A stretch of 64,000 nucleotides of DNA from Roseibium sp. (GCF_039982295.1 NZ_JBDWYP010000069.1:4964-68963); one strand, 5' to 3'; shown: positions 48,644-58,454, counted from the stretch's first letter. Program-made: numbers and translations. Notes: a model not told the origin generated them from the letters alone.

Positions 48644-50029
48644 ATGCTTGGCATGTCCCGCCGGGAGTTTCTCCTTGGCAGCGCAGGAACCCTGTCGGCG
48701 TTCGCCGGCGGCAGTCTGATTGCGAACCAGGCGAACGCTGCGGATCTCACGCTCCCGATCAAAACGCTGAGCCACAGCCTTCTGCCCGATACCGTCACGG
48801 ACAACATGATGGGTTTCGGGACAGACGGGCCGCCACCTGTGCTTCGGCTCAAACAAGGCGAAGCTTTCACCATCGATGTCGTCAATGAGCTGGATGATGC
48901 GTCCATCGTGCATTGGCACGGCCTGCGCATCGACAACCGCATGGATGGTGTCCCCTATCTGACCCAACAACCGATTGAGCCAGGCGAGCAGTTTCGCTAC
49001 ACGCTCAAAGCACCGGACGCGGGTACTTTCTGGTACCATCCCCATTGCAACACGCTGGAACAAATGGCCAGGGGCCTGACCGGCGTCATGGTTGTCGAAG
49101 AGGCAGAAGATCCCGGCTTCGACCAGGATCTGCCGCTGAACATTCGTGACTTTCGCCTGGCGGGTGACGGACAATTTACGAGCTTCTTCAAGCCGCGCAA
49201 TGCCGCAAGAGGCGGTACGCTCGGCACCGTGTCGACAGTAAACTGGCAGAGCGAACCGATCTATGACATGCCTGCCGGCAGCCTCACACGACTGCGGCTC
49301 GCCGTCACTGACCTCACGCGGGTTGGCACTTATGATCTCAGCAAGGCTGAGGCGGTCGTCATCGCACTTGATTCCAATCCGCTTTCGAACCCGATTGCAC
49401 CGGAAGGCATCGTGCTGTCGCCAGGTCAAAGGGCGGACATCGCCCTGCGTGTTCCCGAGACCGAGGGCGAGATCGTCACCTTGACACGGCGCTCAGCCAA
49501 GGGCCCGAAGGTCATCGCCCATTTTCGCGCAATTGGAACCAGCTCGGGCAGAAGCCTTTCAGAACTCCGCCCCCTCGCGCCCAACCCCGTGCCAGAAGCA
49601 GATCTCGCGAATGCAGAAGTGCTTGACTTCGTTTTCGGCTGGTCACCGGAAGGTACTGCACCCCAACCCGGCATTTGTGGCAGCCTCGGATACACATTCT
49701 GGTCGATCAACCGTGTCGCCTGGGAGGGTGATACGCCAAATCCGATCGAGCCGCTTGCGCTCATGCGGCTTGGAAAGTCCTATATCCTGCGGTTCCGCAA
49801 CGAGACGCCCAACGCCCACCCGATCCACCTGCACGGTCTGTCCTTCAAGCTGCTGCGATCGAACAAGCGGTCCTTGCCGCCGCTGGTGACCGATACAGCT
49901 CTGCTCCTGGCCGAAGAAACCATGGAAGTCTCTCTTGTGGCCGACAACCCAGGCAACTGGGCATTCCATTGCCACGTGATCGAACATCAGAAGACAGGTC
50001 TCACAGGCTACGTCCGCGTTGATGCCTAA
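48644..50029 (+). CDS. Tat-exported three-domain multicopper oxidase
   Basis: SRREFL; HWHG, WYHPH, HPIHLHG, HCHVIEHQKTGL. Confidence 0.93.
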   Translation: MLGMSRREFLLGSAGTLSAFAGGSLIANQANAADLTLPIKTLSHSLLPDTVTDNMMGFGTDGPPPVLRLKQGEAFTIDVVNELDDASIVHWHGLRIDNRMDGVPYLTQQPIEPGEQFRYTLKAPDAGTFWYHPHCNTLEQMARGLTGVMVVEEAEDPGFDQDLPLNIRDFRLAGDGQFTSFFKPRNAARGGTLGTVSTVNWQSEPIYDMPAGSLTRLRLAVTDLTRVGTYDLSKAEAVVIALDSNPLSNPIAPEGIVLSPGQRADIALRVPETEGEIVTLTRRSAKGPKVIAHFRAIGTSSGRSLSELRPLAPNPVPEADLANAEVLDFVFGWSPEGTAPQPGICGSLGYTFWSINRVAWEGDTPNPIEPLALMRLGKSYILRFRNETPNAHPIHLHGLSFKLLRSNKRSLPPLVTDTALLLAEETMEVSLVADNPGNWAFHCHVIEHQKTGLTGYVRVDA

Positions 50030-50155
50030 AAACTCGACGCAGACCCAGGCAATCTAAAAAATGCCAGGCGTTGATACATTTTATTGCGACTGATCCTCTG
50101 GTCTCTCGGCGCAAGGCCATTATAACCTTATGTCAGGATCATCGGGGTTTTGGCC

Positions 50156-50983
50156 ATGATTAGGCAAATATCGACTTTTTTCGCAATCAGTCTGCTATCG
50201 CTTTCGCCGCTCGGAACACACGCGCAGGAATTGACAATCGCGGATGCGCACATTCACTACAGTCACGACGCCTGGGACATTTTCCCGCCTGAGAAGGCTG
50301 TTGAAATTCTCAGGAACGCCAACATCCGAAAGGCTTTTGTTTCAAGCTCCAGCGACGATGGCACTCAGATGCTATACCAGGAAGCGCCTGACCTGATTGT
50401 GCCGGTCCTGCGCCCCTATCGGCGTCGCGGCGAGACCCGCAGCTGGCTGCATGATCCTACTGTCCTCGATCACGTCCGCAGCCGTCTGGAAGTCAATGAA
50501 TACGCCGGCATCGGTGAGTTTCATGCCTACGGCGAGGACATCAACGGCGACGTGATGCAAGGCATCATCGCTCTGGCACGGCAGTATGATCTCTTCCTTC
50601 ACGCCCATTCAGACGCTGAAGCCGTCCACCTGATTTTCAAGCATTTTCCGGGAGCTCGCGTTCTTTGGGCTCACTCGGGGTTTGACAGCCCGGATGAGAT
50701 CCGCGCTGTTCTGGAGCAGTATGACAACCTCTGGGCGGACCTTGCATTCAGATCCGATCACGCGTCAGGCAGTGCGGTAGACGACGACTGGCAAAAACTC
50801 TTTGAAGATTTCCCGGACCGCTTCATGCTTGGAACAGACACCTACACGCCCGAACGCTGGCCCTATATCGCTGCCCACGCCGACTGGAGCCGGGAATGGC
50901 TTGCGACACTGCCATCGGAGCTTGCGGCAAACATCGGCCACCGCAATGCGGAGGCACTCCTGACGGCGTCGAACAGCCAATGA
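50156..50983 (+). CDS. Secreted amidohydrolase-superfamily metalloprotein
   Basis: Sec signal; DAHIHY, GIGEFH, HAH, WAHSG, MLGTD. Confidence 0.82.
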   Translation: MIRQISTFFAISLLSLSPLGTHAQELTIADAHIHYSHDAWDIFPPEKAVEILRNANIRKAFVSSSSDDGTQMLYQEAPDLIVPVLRPYRRRGETRSWLHDPTVLDHVRSRLEVNEYAGIGEFHAYGEDINGDVMQGIIALARQYDLFLHAHSDAEAVHLIFKHFPGARVLWAHSGFDSPDEIRAVLEQYDNLWADLAFRSDHASGSAVDDDWQKLFEDFPDRFMLGTDTYTPERWPYIAAHADWSREWLATLPSELAANIGHRNAEALLTASNSQ

Positions 50984-51390
50984 CAGGAAATATCACCAGC
51001 GCAATCTGCTTTGTCGCGACGACGATTTGCCTTGCAAGCGCACCGGCCCTGGCCGATTGCGGAGATGCGTCGGGTTTTTTGATCAAGGGTGACACCGCTG
51101 TCTTGCACCTCACCCCGCCCCCCGCCGCTCTCAAGGTCGGTGAACCCTTTGCGCTGGCCCTTGAGATCTGCGATGCCCCCACTGGCATGGAGGTTATCAG
51201 GCTGGACGCCCGCATGCCGGCCCACGGACATGGAATGAACTATGTGCCGGAACTCTCTCATATGGACGATGGACGATATCTCGCTGAGGGGATGCTCTTG
51301 CATATGCCCGGGGAATGGGAGTTTGTCGTCGATGTCCGCAGCCCTGATCAAAGCGAGCGACTGACTGCGGCGGTTGACCTGAAGCCATGA
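50980..51390 (+). CDS. Secreted YtkA/FixH-like protein
   Basis: Signal peptide; DARMPAHGHGM and LHMPGEWEF; ATGA overlaps on both sides. Confidence 0.7.
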   Translation: MTGNITSAICFVATTICLASAPALADCGDASGFLIKGDTAVLHLTPPPAALKVGEPFALALEICDAPTGMEVIRLDARMPAHGHGMNYVPELSHMDDGRYLAEGMLLHMPGEWEFVVDVRSPDQSERLTAAVDLKP

Positions 51391-52568
51391 TCTGCCGGGC
51401 AGCACCCATTGCCCTATTGATCTGCATTGCGAGCTTGCCCTTTTTCGAAGGGATAACGGCCCACGCCAATGATCGTTTCACCGCCGAGGAACGATCGATG
51501 ATACGCGCGCATGGCCCCTGGCCACTCAAGCCGTCCCCCGACCCTTCCAATCGCTTTTCCGGCAATCAAACCGCGATTGCATTCGGCAAGGAGCTGTTTG
51601 AGGACCCTCGACTTTCGCGCGACGGAAACCTCTCCTGCGCAAGCTGTCACGTGCCCGAGCTAGGCTTCACCGATGGTCTGAAGAGAAGTACCGGTATAGG
51701 CGAAGTCGATCGGAATGCCCCGGCAATCGCCAATCTGACAAGTTTGCGCTGGTTTGGATGGGATGGGCGGTCCGACACACTTTGGGGCCAAAGCATACAC
51801 CCCATTCTCAACGATCTGGAGATGGCGGCAACGGCCGCTGACATCGCGGCTCAAATGGCTGATCAGGAAGATCTGGCTGCGCGCTATGAGCAGACGACCA
51901 AGATCAACCCAGCTGATGAGCCATCAGAGACCATTCTCGTCAACACCGGCAAGATCCTGGCGGCCTATCAAGAGACCCTGCGCACCCCTCGCACGCGGTT
52001 TGATGACTATCGTGATGCACTCATCTCAGGTGACATAGTCGGTCTTGCGGCCTACCCGGACGCGGCCAAACGCGGCCTGAAGATCTTCACCGGCAAGGGC
52101 AAGTGCAGCATCTGCCATTTCGGGCCGTTGTTCACAAATGGCGAGTTCCACAGCATCGGCATCAAGCACTTTGCGGAAGCTGGCCGGGTCGACACCGGGC
52201 GGTACGGAGGCCTTAAAGCCTTTCGCACCAGCAAATTCAACCGTCTCGGGCCCAATAGCGACGAAGATCAGGCGCGCGCAGCAAAGGCGCCCAGCGCTTA
52301 CGTTGCCTTCCTTCACAGCAATTGGGGCGCCTATCGCGTACCCTCCTTGCGCAATGTTGCCGCGACAGCTCCCTACATGCATGACGGCAGCCTGGCGACG
52401 CTTGAGGATGTTGTCGACCATTACTCCGACATGAACATGGACCGTCTCCACTCGGACGGAGAAACCCTTCTGAGGCCGCTCGATTTGTCGGCGCGAGAAC
52501 GTGCGGACCTCGTTGCGTTTCTGCACACACTGACCGCCGCGCCTGTCGCTCACGCCGCCGGCGATTAG
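51387..52568 (+). CDS. Diheme cytochrome c peroxidase superfamily protein, MauG/MbnH-like
   Basis: CASCH and CSICH; GWDGR; VPSLRNVA.TAPYMHDG...VVDHY. Confidence 0.88.
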   Translation: MICRAAPIALLICIASLPFFEGITAHANDRFTAEERSMIRAHGPWPLKPSPDPSNRFSGNQTAIAFGKELFEDPRLSRDGNLSCASCHVPELGFTDGLKRSTGIGEVDRNAPAIANLTSLRWFGWDGRSDTLWGQSIHPILNDLEMAATAADIAAQMADQEDLAARYEQTTKINPADEPSETILVNTGKILAAYQETLRTPRTRFDDYRDALISGDIVGLAAYPDAAKRGLKIFTGKGKCSICHFGPLFTNGEFHSIGIKHFAEAGRVDTGRYGGLKAFRTSKFNRLGPNSDEDQARAAKAPSAYVAFLHSNWGAYRVPSLRNVAATAPYMHDGSLATLEDVVDHYSDMNMDRLHSDGETLLRPLDLSARERADLVAFLHTLTAAPVAHAAGD

Positions 52569-52747
52569 TCCGCGCTGTCGGTCAACAATCTTGTTCGAGA
52601 AAACGTGAAGAGAAATCCCTGCCGCTGACATTACTTCGGCCCGCAAGAGCTCTATACTTACACCGTGGTGTTTCCATTCGCGCCCCCGCCGCTCTCGGTT
52701 CATTTGGCATCGGGCAAAGCGTCATGTTATTCGAAGGAGAAACAGGC

Positions 52748-53245
52748 ATGAAAGCCCCAGCCTACAACCGTCGTTCCTTTCTGATCGGCGCGGGTCTCTG
52801 CAGCGCCTCCCTCATCCGCCCTCCTTTCAGCCTCGTTTCCGCAGCCAATGCGGCAACCGGTTTGGCTCCGACGGCATCCATGCGCGGTGGCAGCAACAAT
52901 TACCGTCCGAACGCACCGCTGGTCGAAAATCTAGGCAAGGGTTTCTGGGTCTCCGGAACAGTCAGAAATGCCGGCAACGGCGAGCCGCTTTCAGATGTTC
53001 GCATTCAGATCTGGGCAGCAACCGAGCGCGGCGGCGAACGTGAACCGAGCAACCATGGCAGCGTTTTGACGGCCCCCGATGGCACCTTCCGGCTTGAGAT
53101 GTCGCAGATCCTGCCCAATTTCGGCCAGCCCCATGCGCATCTCGCCTATGATGACGGCGCCTTCAAAACCGTTTTTCTGCGCCCGGTGATGGGCAGCAGG
53201 AGCGATACCAGCGTCGAGGCTCATTTCGTCCTTGCATCAACCTGA
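52748..53245 (+). CDS. Tat-exported intradiol-dioxygenase-fold protein
   Basis: NRRSFL; VSGTVR...PLSDVRIQIW, APDGTFRL, PHAH. Confidence 0.75.
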   Translation: MKAPAYNRRSFLIGAGLCSASLIRPPFSLVSAANAATGLAPTASMRGGSNNYRPNAPLVENLGKGFWVSGTVRNAGNGEPLSDVRIQIWAATERGGEREPSNHGSVLTAPDGTFRLEMSQILPNFGQPHAHLAYDDGAFKTVFLRPVMGSRSDTSVEAHFVLAST

Positions 53246-53249
53246 CGCC

Positions 53250-53927
53250 GTGCGCCAACGCATTCTGCCAAACAACAAGCGCTCCCTCATCCGCAGCCTT
53301 GTCGTCGGGCTGATCTGGGCCACAATTGCAGGCCTTGCGCTGTGGCCAATACTGATCGCGGCAACGAGCCCATACCTCGTTGGCCGCAGCGCGATCTACA
53401 TCGCAGCAGGACTTGCCGGCGCTCTGTCTCTGGCGCTTCTCTTCATCCAACCCCTGCTGGCTGCGGGTTTTCTTCCTGGCCTGATGGGTCCACGTGGTCG
53501 CCGGTGGCATCGTGTCGCCGGGTTTCTGATTGCGGCAGCCGTGGCGGTTCACGTTGGCGGGCTTTACATCACCAGTCCACCGGACGCACTTGATGCCCTG
53601 CTTCTGATTTCGCCAACCCCGTTTTCCATTTATGGTGTGGCCGCCATGTGGATCCTCATCCTGACGGTCGCGCTGGTGGCGTTTCGCAAGTACCTCCACA
53701 TTGCTCCATTGACCTGGCGCATCATCCACAACGTGCTGGCCGCGAGCGTGGTGGTGACCAGTGTCGCCCATGCGTTTCTGATCGAGGGCACGATGGGAAC
53801 TGTATCGAAGACCATTCTCTGCGGCTGCGCAGTGCTCACCACAGCTGCCGTGACCCTTTACCTTCGAGTGTTCAAACCACTCCGCATGCACAGAATTTCG
53901 ACCCCGAAATCCCGTAGCGCGCCCTGA
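53250..53927 (+). CDS. Ferric-reductase-like TM domain protein (MsrQ-like, no FAD/NAD domain)
   Basis: About 6 TM; two His pairs 14 residues apart (WHRVAG...VH; IHNVL...AH); GTG start inferred. Confidence 0.75.
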   Translation: MRQRILPNNKRSLIRSLVVGLIWATIAGLALWPILIAATSPYLVGRSAIYIAAGLAGALSLALLFIQPLLAAGFLPGLMGPRGRRWHRVAGFLIAAAVAVHVGGLYITSPPDALDALLLISPTPFSIYGVAAMWILILTVALVAFRKYLHIAPLTWRIIHNVLAASVVVTSVAHAFLIEGTMGTVSKTILCGCAVLTTAAVTLYLRVFKPLRMHRISTPKSRSAP

Positions 53928-54079
53928 CCCTCACTCAAAGTCGCGACCACCTCGATTTGAGGCCTGTCTTTGCAGTGAAAAATCTCAAGCCTGTTTTCTG
54001 GGCAGGCCCAGATCATTCAAACAACGTTTGAAGTTTTCCATCAATCAGTCTAGATCCATGATGGGAATCGGGAGGGGAA

Positions 54080-54709
54080 ATGGACTCGGAAACAACGGCA
54101 CAGCGCATTCTTCGGAACGCAGAACATCTTATGGCATCAAATGGGATTGCGTCGACTTCGGTCCGACAAATTACGGACGCCTCGGAAGCCAATGTCGCTT
54201 CAGTAAACTACTACTTCGGCAGCAAGTCAGAGCTCCTGCTGGAATTGTTGAAAGACCGGTTCTCACAATTAGATGCTGAGCTACTGGCAAGAGTAAATAC
54301 CGTCGAGAAGAATTCTGCGGGAACACGTCCCAAGGTGCGGGATCTGACAGCAGCCTACTTTGACGCTCTTGCCCATCTGGGTTTCAATTCGGAAACCGGG
54401 AAGCTGGATCCTTTCATCCTTCTCATTCAACGGGCCGCTGCTGAACAGGAAGAAGTTCTCGATAAAGCACAGGATTTCAACGCCCCTGGCCTATCAAAAT
54501 TGATGTCTTTATTGGCTGACAGCATTCCAGAGCACCAAGGCCGGGAAATTGAAATCAAAACACTTCTGCGCCTAATGTTTACGACATCGGTTGCCGCAAT
54601 GCCGACGATGGGCGCAGCGCGCAAAAACGACATGCAGTTTTCAGCTGTTCGGGACTTCCTGTTTGCAGGCGTCGAGGCCTACCTGATGCGGATAGAAGAT
54701 AAATCCTGA
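54080..54709 (+). CDS. TetR/AcrR family regulator
   Basis: RILRNAEHLMASNG..STSVRQIT.ASEANVASVNYYFGSK. Confidence 0.9.
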   Translation: MDSETTAQRILRNAEHLMASNGIASTSVRQITDASEANVASVNYYFGSKSELLLELLKDRFSQLDAELLARVNTVEKNSAGTRPKVRDLTAAYFDALAHLGFNSETGKLDPFILLIQRAAAEQEEVLDKAQDFNAPGLSKLMSLLADSIPEHQGREIEIKTLLRLMFTTSVAAMPTMGAARKNDMQFSAVRDFLFAGVEAYLMRIEDKS

Positions 54710-54721
54710 GTTTAATTCTCT
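54707..54721. promoter_or_regulatory. RirA/IRO-like box upstream of the iron ABC operon
   Basis: TGA-GTTTAATTC-TCT, one mismatch to TGA-N9-TCA; near-identical to the box at 60630. Confidence 0.5.
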
Positions 54722-54847
54722 TGTAAAATCAGCCCAATTTTGGCATCACCAGATGACTTCAATGTCAGGCTTTTGCAAAGCCGCAATTCAAAACGAACGC
54801 TCAGCCAAGCAATAGACATAGCCAGGCGTCCAGATATGGAGACGACA

Positions 54848-55756
54848 ATGCGCGCACTTCGTTGGGCTGCAGTTACCTTGGTGTGTGGGCTTGGGAGTCA
54901 AATCGCGCTCGCAGATACCTTGTCGATCGAGACTGCAAGAGGAAATATCGACGTCTCGCGCGATCCCCAAAAGGTGGTTGTCTTCGACATTTCGGCTCTG
55001 GACACACTGAACGCTCTCGGGGTTCCAGTCGCAGGTACACCCGAGCAGGTTTTTGTAGACTACCTGAAGCCAGTGGCTGAAGACGCCGAGAAAGTAGGAT
55101 CGCTCTTCGAACCGGATTTTGAGGCCATAAATGCGCTGCAGCCTGATCTGATTGTTGCAGGCGGCCGATCATCCAAACAAGTCGAAGCTCTTTCGGAATT
55201 CGCACCGACCGTTGACATGACGATTTGGGGCGATGGTCTTTTGACGCAAGCGATTGCGCGCCTTCACGCCTATGGCTCGCTGTTTGGCAAGGAAGACGCT
55301 GCTCAAAAGTTGGAAGATGATCTGAATAGCGCCGTCAATGCGTTGAAAAAGCAGGGTGCCGGTGCCGGAAAAGCTCTCATCGTTCTAACAAACGGGCCAA
55401 AGATCAGTATCTACGGCAAAGGTTCTCGCTTCGGTTGGCTCCATACAGAACTCGGAATTGAGCCAGCGGTCGAAGATGTTGACTCTTCGACCCACGGTGA
55501 GGCGGTTTCCTTCGAGTTCATTCGAGATGCCAACCCGGACTGGCTGATTGTGATTGATCGTGCTGCCGCGATTGGTCAAGACGCGGCGTTGGCCGCCGAA
55601 ACGCTCAACAATAAACTGGTTGCTGAAACCACGGCCTGGAAGTCCGGACAGGTTATCTTTCTTGACGCAAGCAAGGTTTATATCGCAGCAGGTGGCTATC
55701 AATCGTTGATGGGTACCTTGACCGAAATTTCGGCGGCATTCCAGAAAGCCGACTAG
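54848..55756 (+). CDS. Siderophore ABC transporter substrate-binding protein (FatB/FetB/YclQ type)
   Basis: PQKVVVFD, VGSLFEPDFE, GSRFGWLH, HGEAVSFE, NPDWLIVIDR; GGAGA RBS before ATG 54848. Confidence 0.9.
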   Translation: MRALRWAAVTLVCGLGSQIALADTLSIETARGNIDVSRDPQKVVVFDISALDTLNALGVPVAGTPEQVFVDYLKPVAEDAEKVGSLFEPDFEAINALQPDLIVAGGRSSKQVEALSEFAPTVDMTIWGDGLLTQAIARLHAYGSLFGKEDAAQKLEDDLNSAVNALKKQGAGAGKALIVLTNGPKISIYGKGSRFGWLHTELGIEPAVEDVDSSTHGEAVSFEFIRDANPDWLIVIDRAAAIGQDAALAAETLNNKLVAETTAWKSGQVIFLDASKVYIAAGGYQSLMGTLTEISAAFQKAD

Positions 55757-55771
55757 GCGGACACCCATTCC

Positions 55772-56761
55772 TTGCGCCCTCACCCTGCTCCCTTGCACCG
55801 GACATCGGCACTCTGGCCGATCGTCCTGTCGGTTCTCCTTACCGGGCTGATCGTCGGGAGCCTTGTGACCGGAGCAGCGAATGTGTCAGCTCTCGATCTC
55901 TTTCGCCGCGGCGAAAGTGGCGACATCTTGCTTGTCAGCAGATTGCCCAGGACACTGGCGACCATCCTTACTGGCGCGTCTCTCGCCGTTGCCGGCGTCA
56001 TCATGCAAACGCTTGTCCGCAACCGTTTTGTGGAACCGGCAACGACCGGGACCGGCCAATGCGCATCGCTTGGGCTTCTGGCAACGTTGATTCTGGTTCC
56101 TGGCGCTCCCCTCCTCGCCAAGATGGCGATTTCCAGTGCTGCAGCATTTGCGGGAACAGCAATCTTCCTGGTATTGGTGCGCAGACTTCCCCCGACCCAA
56201 CCTCTCCTCGTTCCCCTGACTGGCATCGTCTACGGCGGAATAGTCGGATCTATCTCGATTTTCATAGCCTATGAAAATGACTTGCTTCAAAACATCTCTG
56301 TCTGGATGAATGGCGAGTTTTCCGGGGTTCTCCAAGGCCGCTATGAATTACTATGGGCGTCCGGAGCGGCTGCCCTGGCTGCCTATTTCTATGCAGACCA
56401 ATTCACGGTCGCAGGGTTCGGGAAAGATACCGCGCATGGTCTCGGGCTTAGCTACCGCTCCGTGATGATCGCTGGCCTGGGCATCGTCGCCCTGATTACA
56501 TCCTTTACGATTCTCACGGTTGGCATGCTGCCCTTTGTCGGGCTTGTCGTGCCGAATATCATCAGTCGGTTCCGGGGAGACAATACGAAGGAAACCTTGC
56601 CACTTGTGGCCATTCTAGGGGGCATTCTTGTGCTCGCGAGCGATCTCATTGGCCGCTTGATACGCTATCCCTACGAGATTCCTGCGGGAACGATCTTTGG
56701 CGTCCTCGGCACAGTCGTTTTTCTCTGGCTGTTGTTTGCAAGGCCAACGCGCCGTGGTTAG
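55772..56761 (+). CDS. Iron-chelate ABC permease (FatD type)
   Basis: SRLPRT, MQTLVRNRFVEP, PFVGLVVPN, RYPYEIP. Confidence 0.92.
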   Translation: MRPHPAPLHRTSALWPIVLSVLLTGLIVGSLVTGAANVSALDLFRRGESGDILLVSRLPRTLATILTGASLAVAGVIMQTLVRNRFVEPATTGTGQCASLGLLATLILVPGAPLLAKMAISSAAAFAGTAIFLVLVRRLPPTQPLLVPLTGIVYGGIVGSISIFIAYENDLLQNISVWMNGEFSGVLQGRYELLWASGAAALAAYFYADQFTVAGFGKDTAHGLGLSYRSVMIAGLGIVALITSFTILTVGMLPFVGLVVPNIISRFRGDNTKETLPLVAILGGILVLASDLIGRLIRYPYEIPAGTIFGVLGTVVFLWLLFARPTRRG

Positions 56762-57695
56762 AACCTTCTGTATTCTTGGCTTGTGCACTGTCCTCTCAAT
56801 CACTGCTTTCATGGTCCTTGGCGCCCGCGGAAATTGGGATTTCATCCTGGTTTTCAGAGGCACGAAGCTGCTGGCTCTCGTCATTGTCGCCACAGCGATC
56901 GCGGTTGCCACCATCCTCTTCCAGACGTTAACGAGCAACAGGATCCTTACCCCATCGATCATGGGTTTTGATGCACTCTACGTTCTGTTTCAGACCGCGC
57001 TGATTTTTACCCTTGGCGGCTTTGGATTTTCGTCTCTCGCTCCGGAGTTAAAGTTCGCCCTGGAACTCTGCCTGTTGTCCGCAGCATCCCTCATGCTGTT
57101 CGGAAGCCTGATTGGCCAAGGTATGCATGACCTGTTTCGCATGTTGCTGGTTGGCGTTGTGTTCGGGGTCCTTTTTCAAAGCCTTACGGTGCTCTTGCAG
57201 CGCATGATCGACCCGAATGAGTTTTCGGTGCTTCAGGGATCTTTATTCGCCAGTTTCAACAAAGTGGACACCACTCTTATCGCTCTCGCAACACCGTTGG
57301 TTCTCGCGTGCTGCGCTTTGGCCTGGCACAAGCGCAACGTCTGGGACGTTATGGCTCTGGGGCGTGAACAGGCCATCAGTCTTGGCCTGAACTACAAACG
57401 CGAGCTGTTGATTGGGCTCGCCTTGGTCACAGCGTTGATCGCCACATCAACGGCGCTGGTCGGGCCAGTAGCTTTCTTCGGCCTTTTGGTCAGCGCAATC
57501 AGCTATGAAGTCACGAAAACTCATCATCATGGCCCGATTTTCCTGTCGTCCATCCTGATTTCCATCATCGTTCTCGTCGGCGGTCAGGCCATTTTCGAAC
57601 GCGCACTCGGGTTGGGTGCGACCTTGAGTATTGTCGTCGAATTCCTGGGTGGATTGGTGTTCCTGTTTTTGATCCTGAGGAGGGTTCGAGTTTGA
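56754..57695 (+). CDS. Iron-chelate ABC permease (FatC type)
   Basis: FQTLTSNRILTPSIMGFD, ALVGPVAFFGL; GTG start overlapping the upstream stop. Confidence 0.9.
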   Translation: MVRTFCILGLCTVLSITAFMVLGARGNWDFILVFRGTKLLALVIVATAIAVATILFQTLTSNRILTPSIMGFDALYVLFQTALIFTLGGFGFSSLAPELKFALELCLLSAASLMLFGSLIGQGMHDLFRMLLVGVVFGVLFQSLTVLLQRMIDPNEFSVLQGSLFASFNKVDTTLIALATPLVLACCALAWHKRNVWDVMALGREQAISLGLNYKRELLIGLALVTALIATSTALVGPVAFFGLLVSAISYEVTKTHHHGPIFLSSILISIIVLVGGQAIFERALGLGATLSIVVEFLGGLVFLFLILRRVRV

Positions 57696-58450
57696 TCGGA
57701 ATCGAAAATGTCACCTTCCATCATGGCAAGTCTCCAATCTTGAAGGACGTATCTCTCACAATCAAAAAAGGTGGCATCACCGCTCTGATTGGTCCAAACG
57801 GCGCAGGCAAATCAACACTGTTTGCACTGATGTCGAGGTTGCTCCCCCTTCAGTCTGGCAAGATCTCTTTCGATGCGATGGACATCCGTCAGACAGCTTC
57901 AAGGGAACTTGCGAAAAAGCTGGCGATCTTGCGGCAGGACACCCATGTGGCGTCGAGAATTACCGTGCAGGACATGGTCGGGTTTGGGAGGTTCCCACAT
58001 CATCAGGGTCGTGCGACACGCGTGGACCACGACAAGGTTAGTGCCGCACTGGAGGTGTTCGACCTCACAGCCATTGCAGAGCGCTTCATCGACGAATTGT
58101 CCGGCGGACAGCGCCAACGCGTACTTGTGGCGATGGCCTATGCCCAGGACACGGAATATCTTCTTCTGGACGAACCTCTCAACAATCTGGACATGCATTT
58201 TGCCCGCAATCTGATGCATCAGTTGCGCGATCTTGCTGACAACCACGGCAAGACCGTCGTCGTCGTGCTGCATGAGATCAACTACGCAGCAGCGCATGCA
58301 GACACAATCATCGCCTTGAAAAACGGTAAGGTCGCCTCGCACTCAAAAACCGATGAGTTCATGACCGAGGAAACCCTTTCCAGGATCTATGACATGCGGG
58401 TCAAAGTCAGGACCGTCGACGGTCTGAAAGTGGCATTACACCACGTCTGA
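57692..58450 (+). CDS. Iron-chelate ABC ATPase (FatE type)
   Basis: GPNGAGKS, LSGGQRQR, LLDEPLNNLD. Confidence 0.95.
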   Translation: MIGIENVTFHHGKSPILKDVSLTIKKGGITALIGPNGAGKSTLFALMSRLLPLQSGKISFDAMDIRQTASRELAKKLAILRQDTHVASRITVQDMVGFGRFPHHQGRATRVDHDKVSAALEVFDLTAIAERFIDELSGGQRQRVLVAMAYAQDTEYLLLDEPLNNLDMHFARNLMHQLRDLADNHGKTVVVVLHEINYAAAHADTIIALKNGKVASHSKTDEFMTEETLSRIYDMRVKVRTVDGLKVALHHV

Positions 58451-58454
58451 GATA

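Noticed and set aside
54036-54067. Imperfect TCCATCA/TGATGGGA inverted repeat before tetR
   Set aside because: Only 7/8 match with a 15-nt spacer; too weak to call an operator
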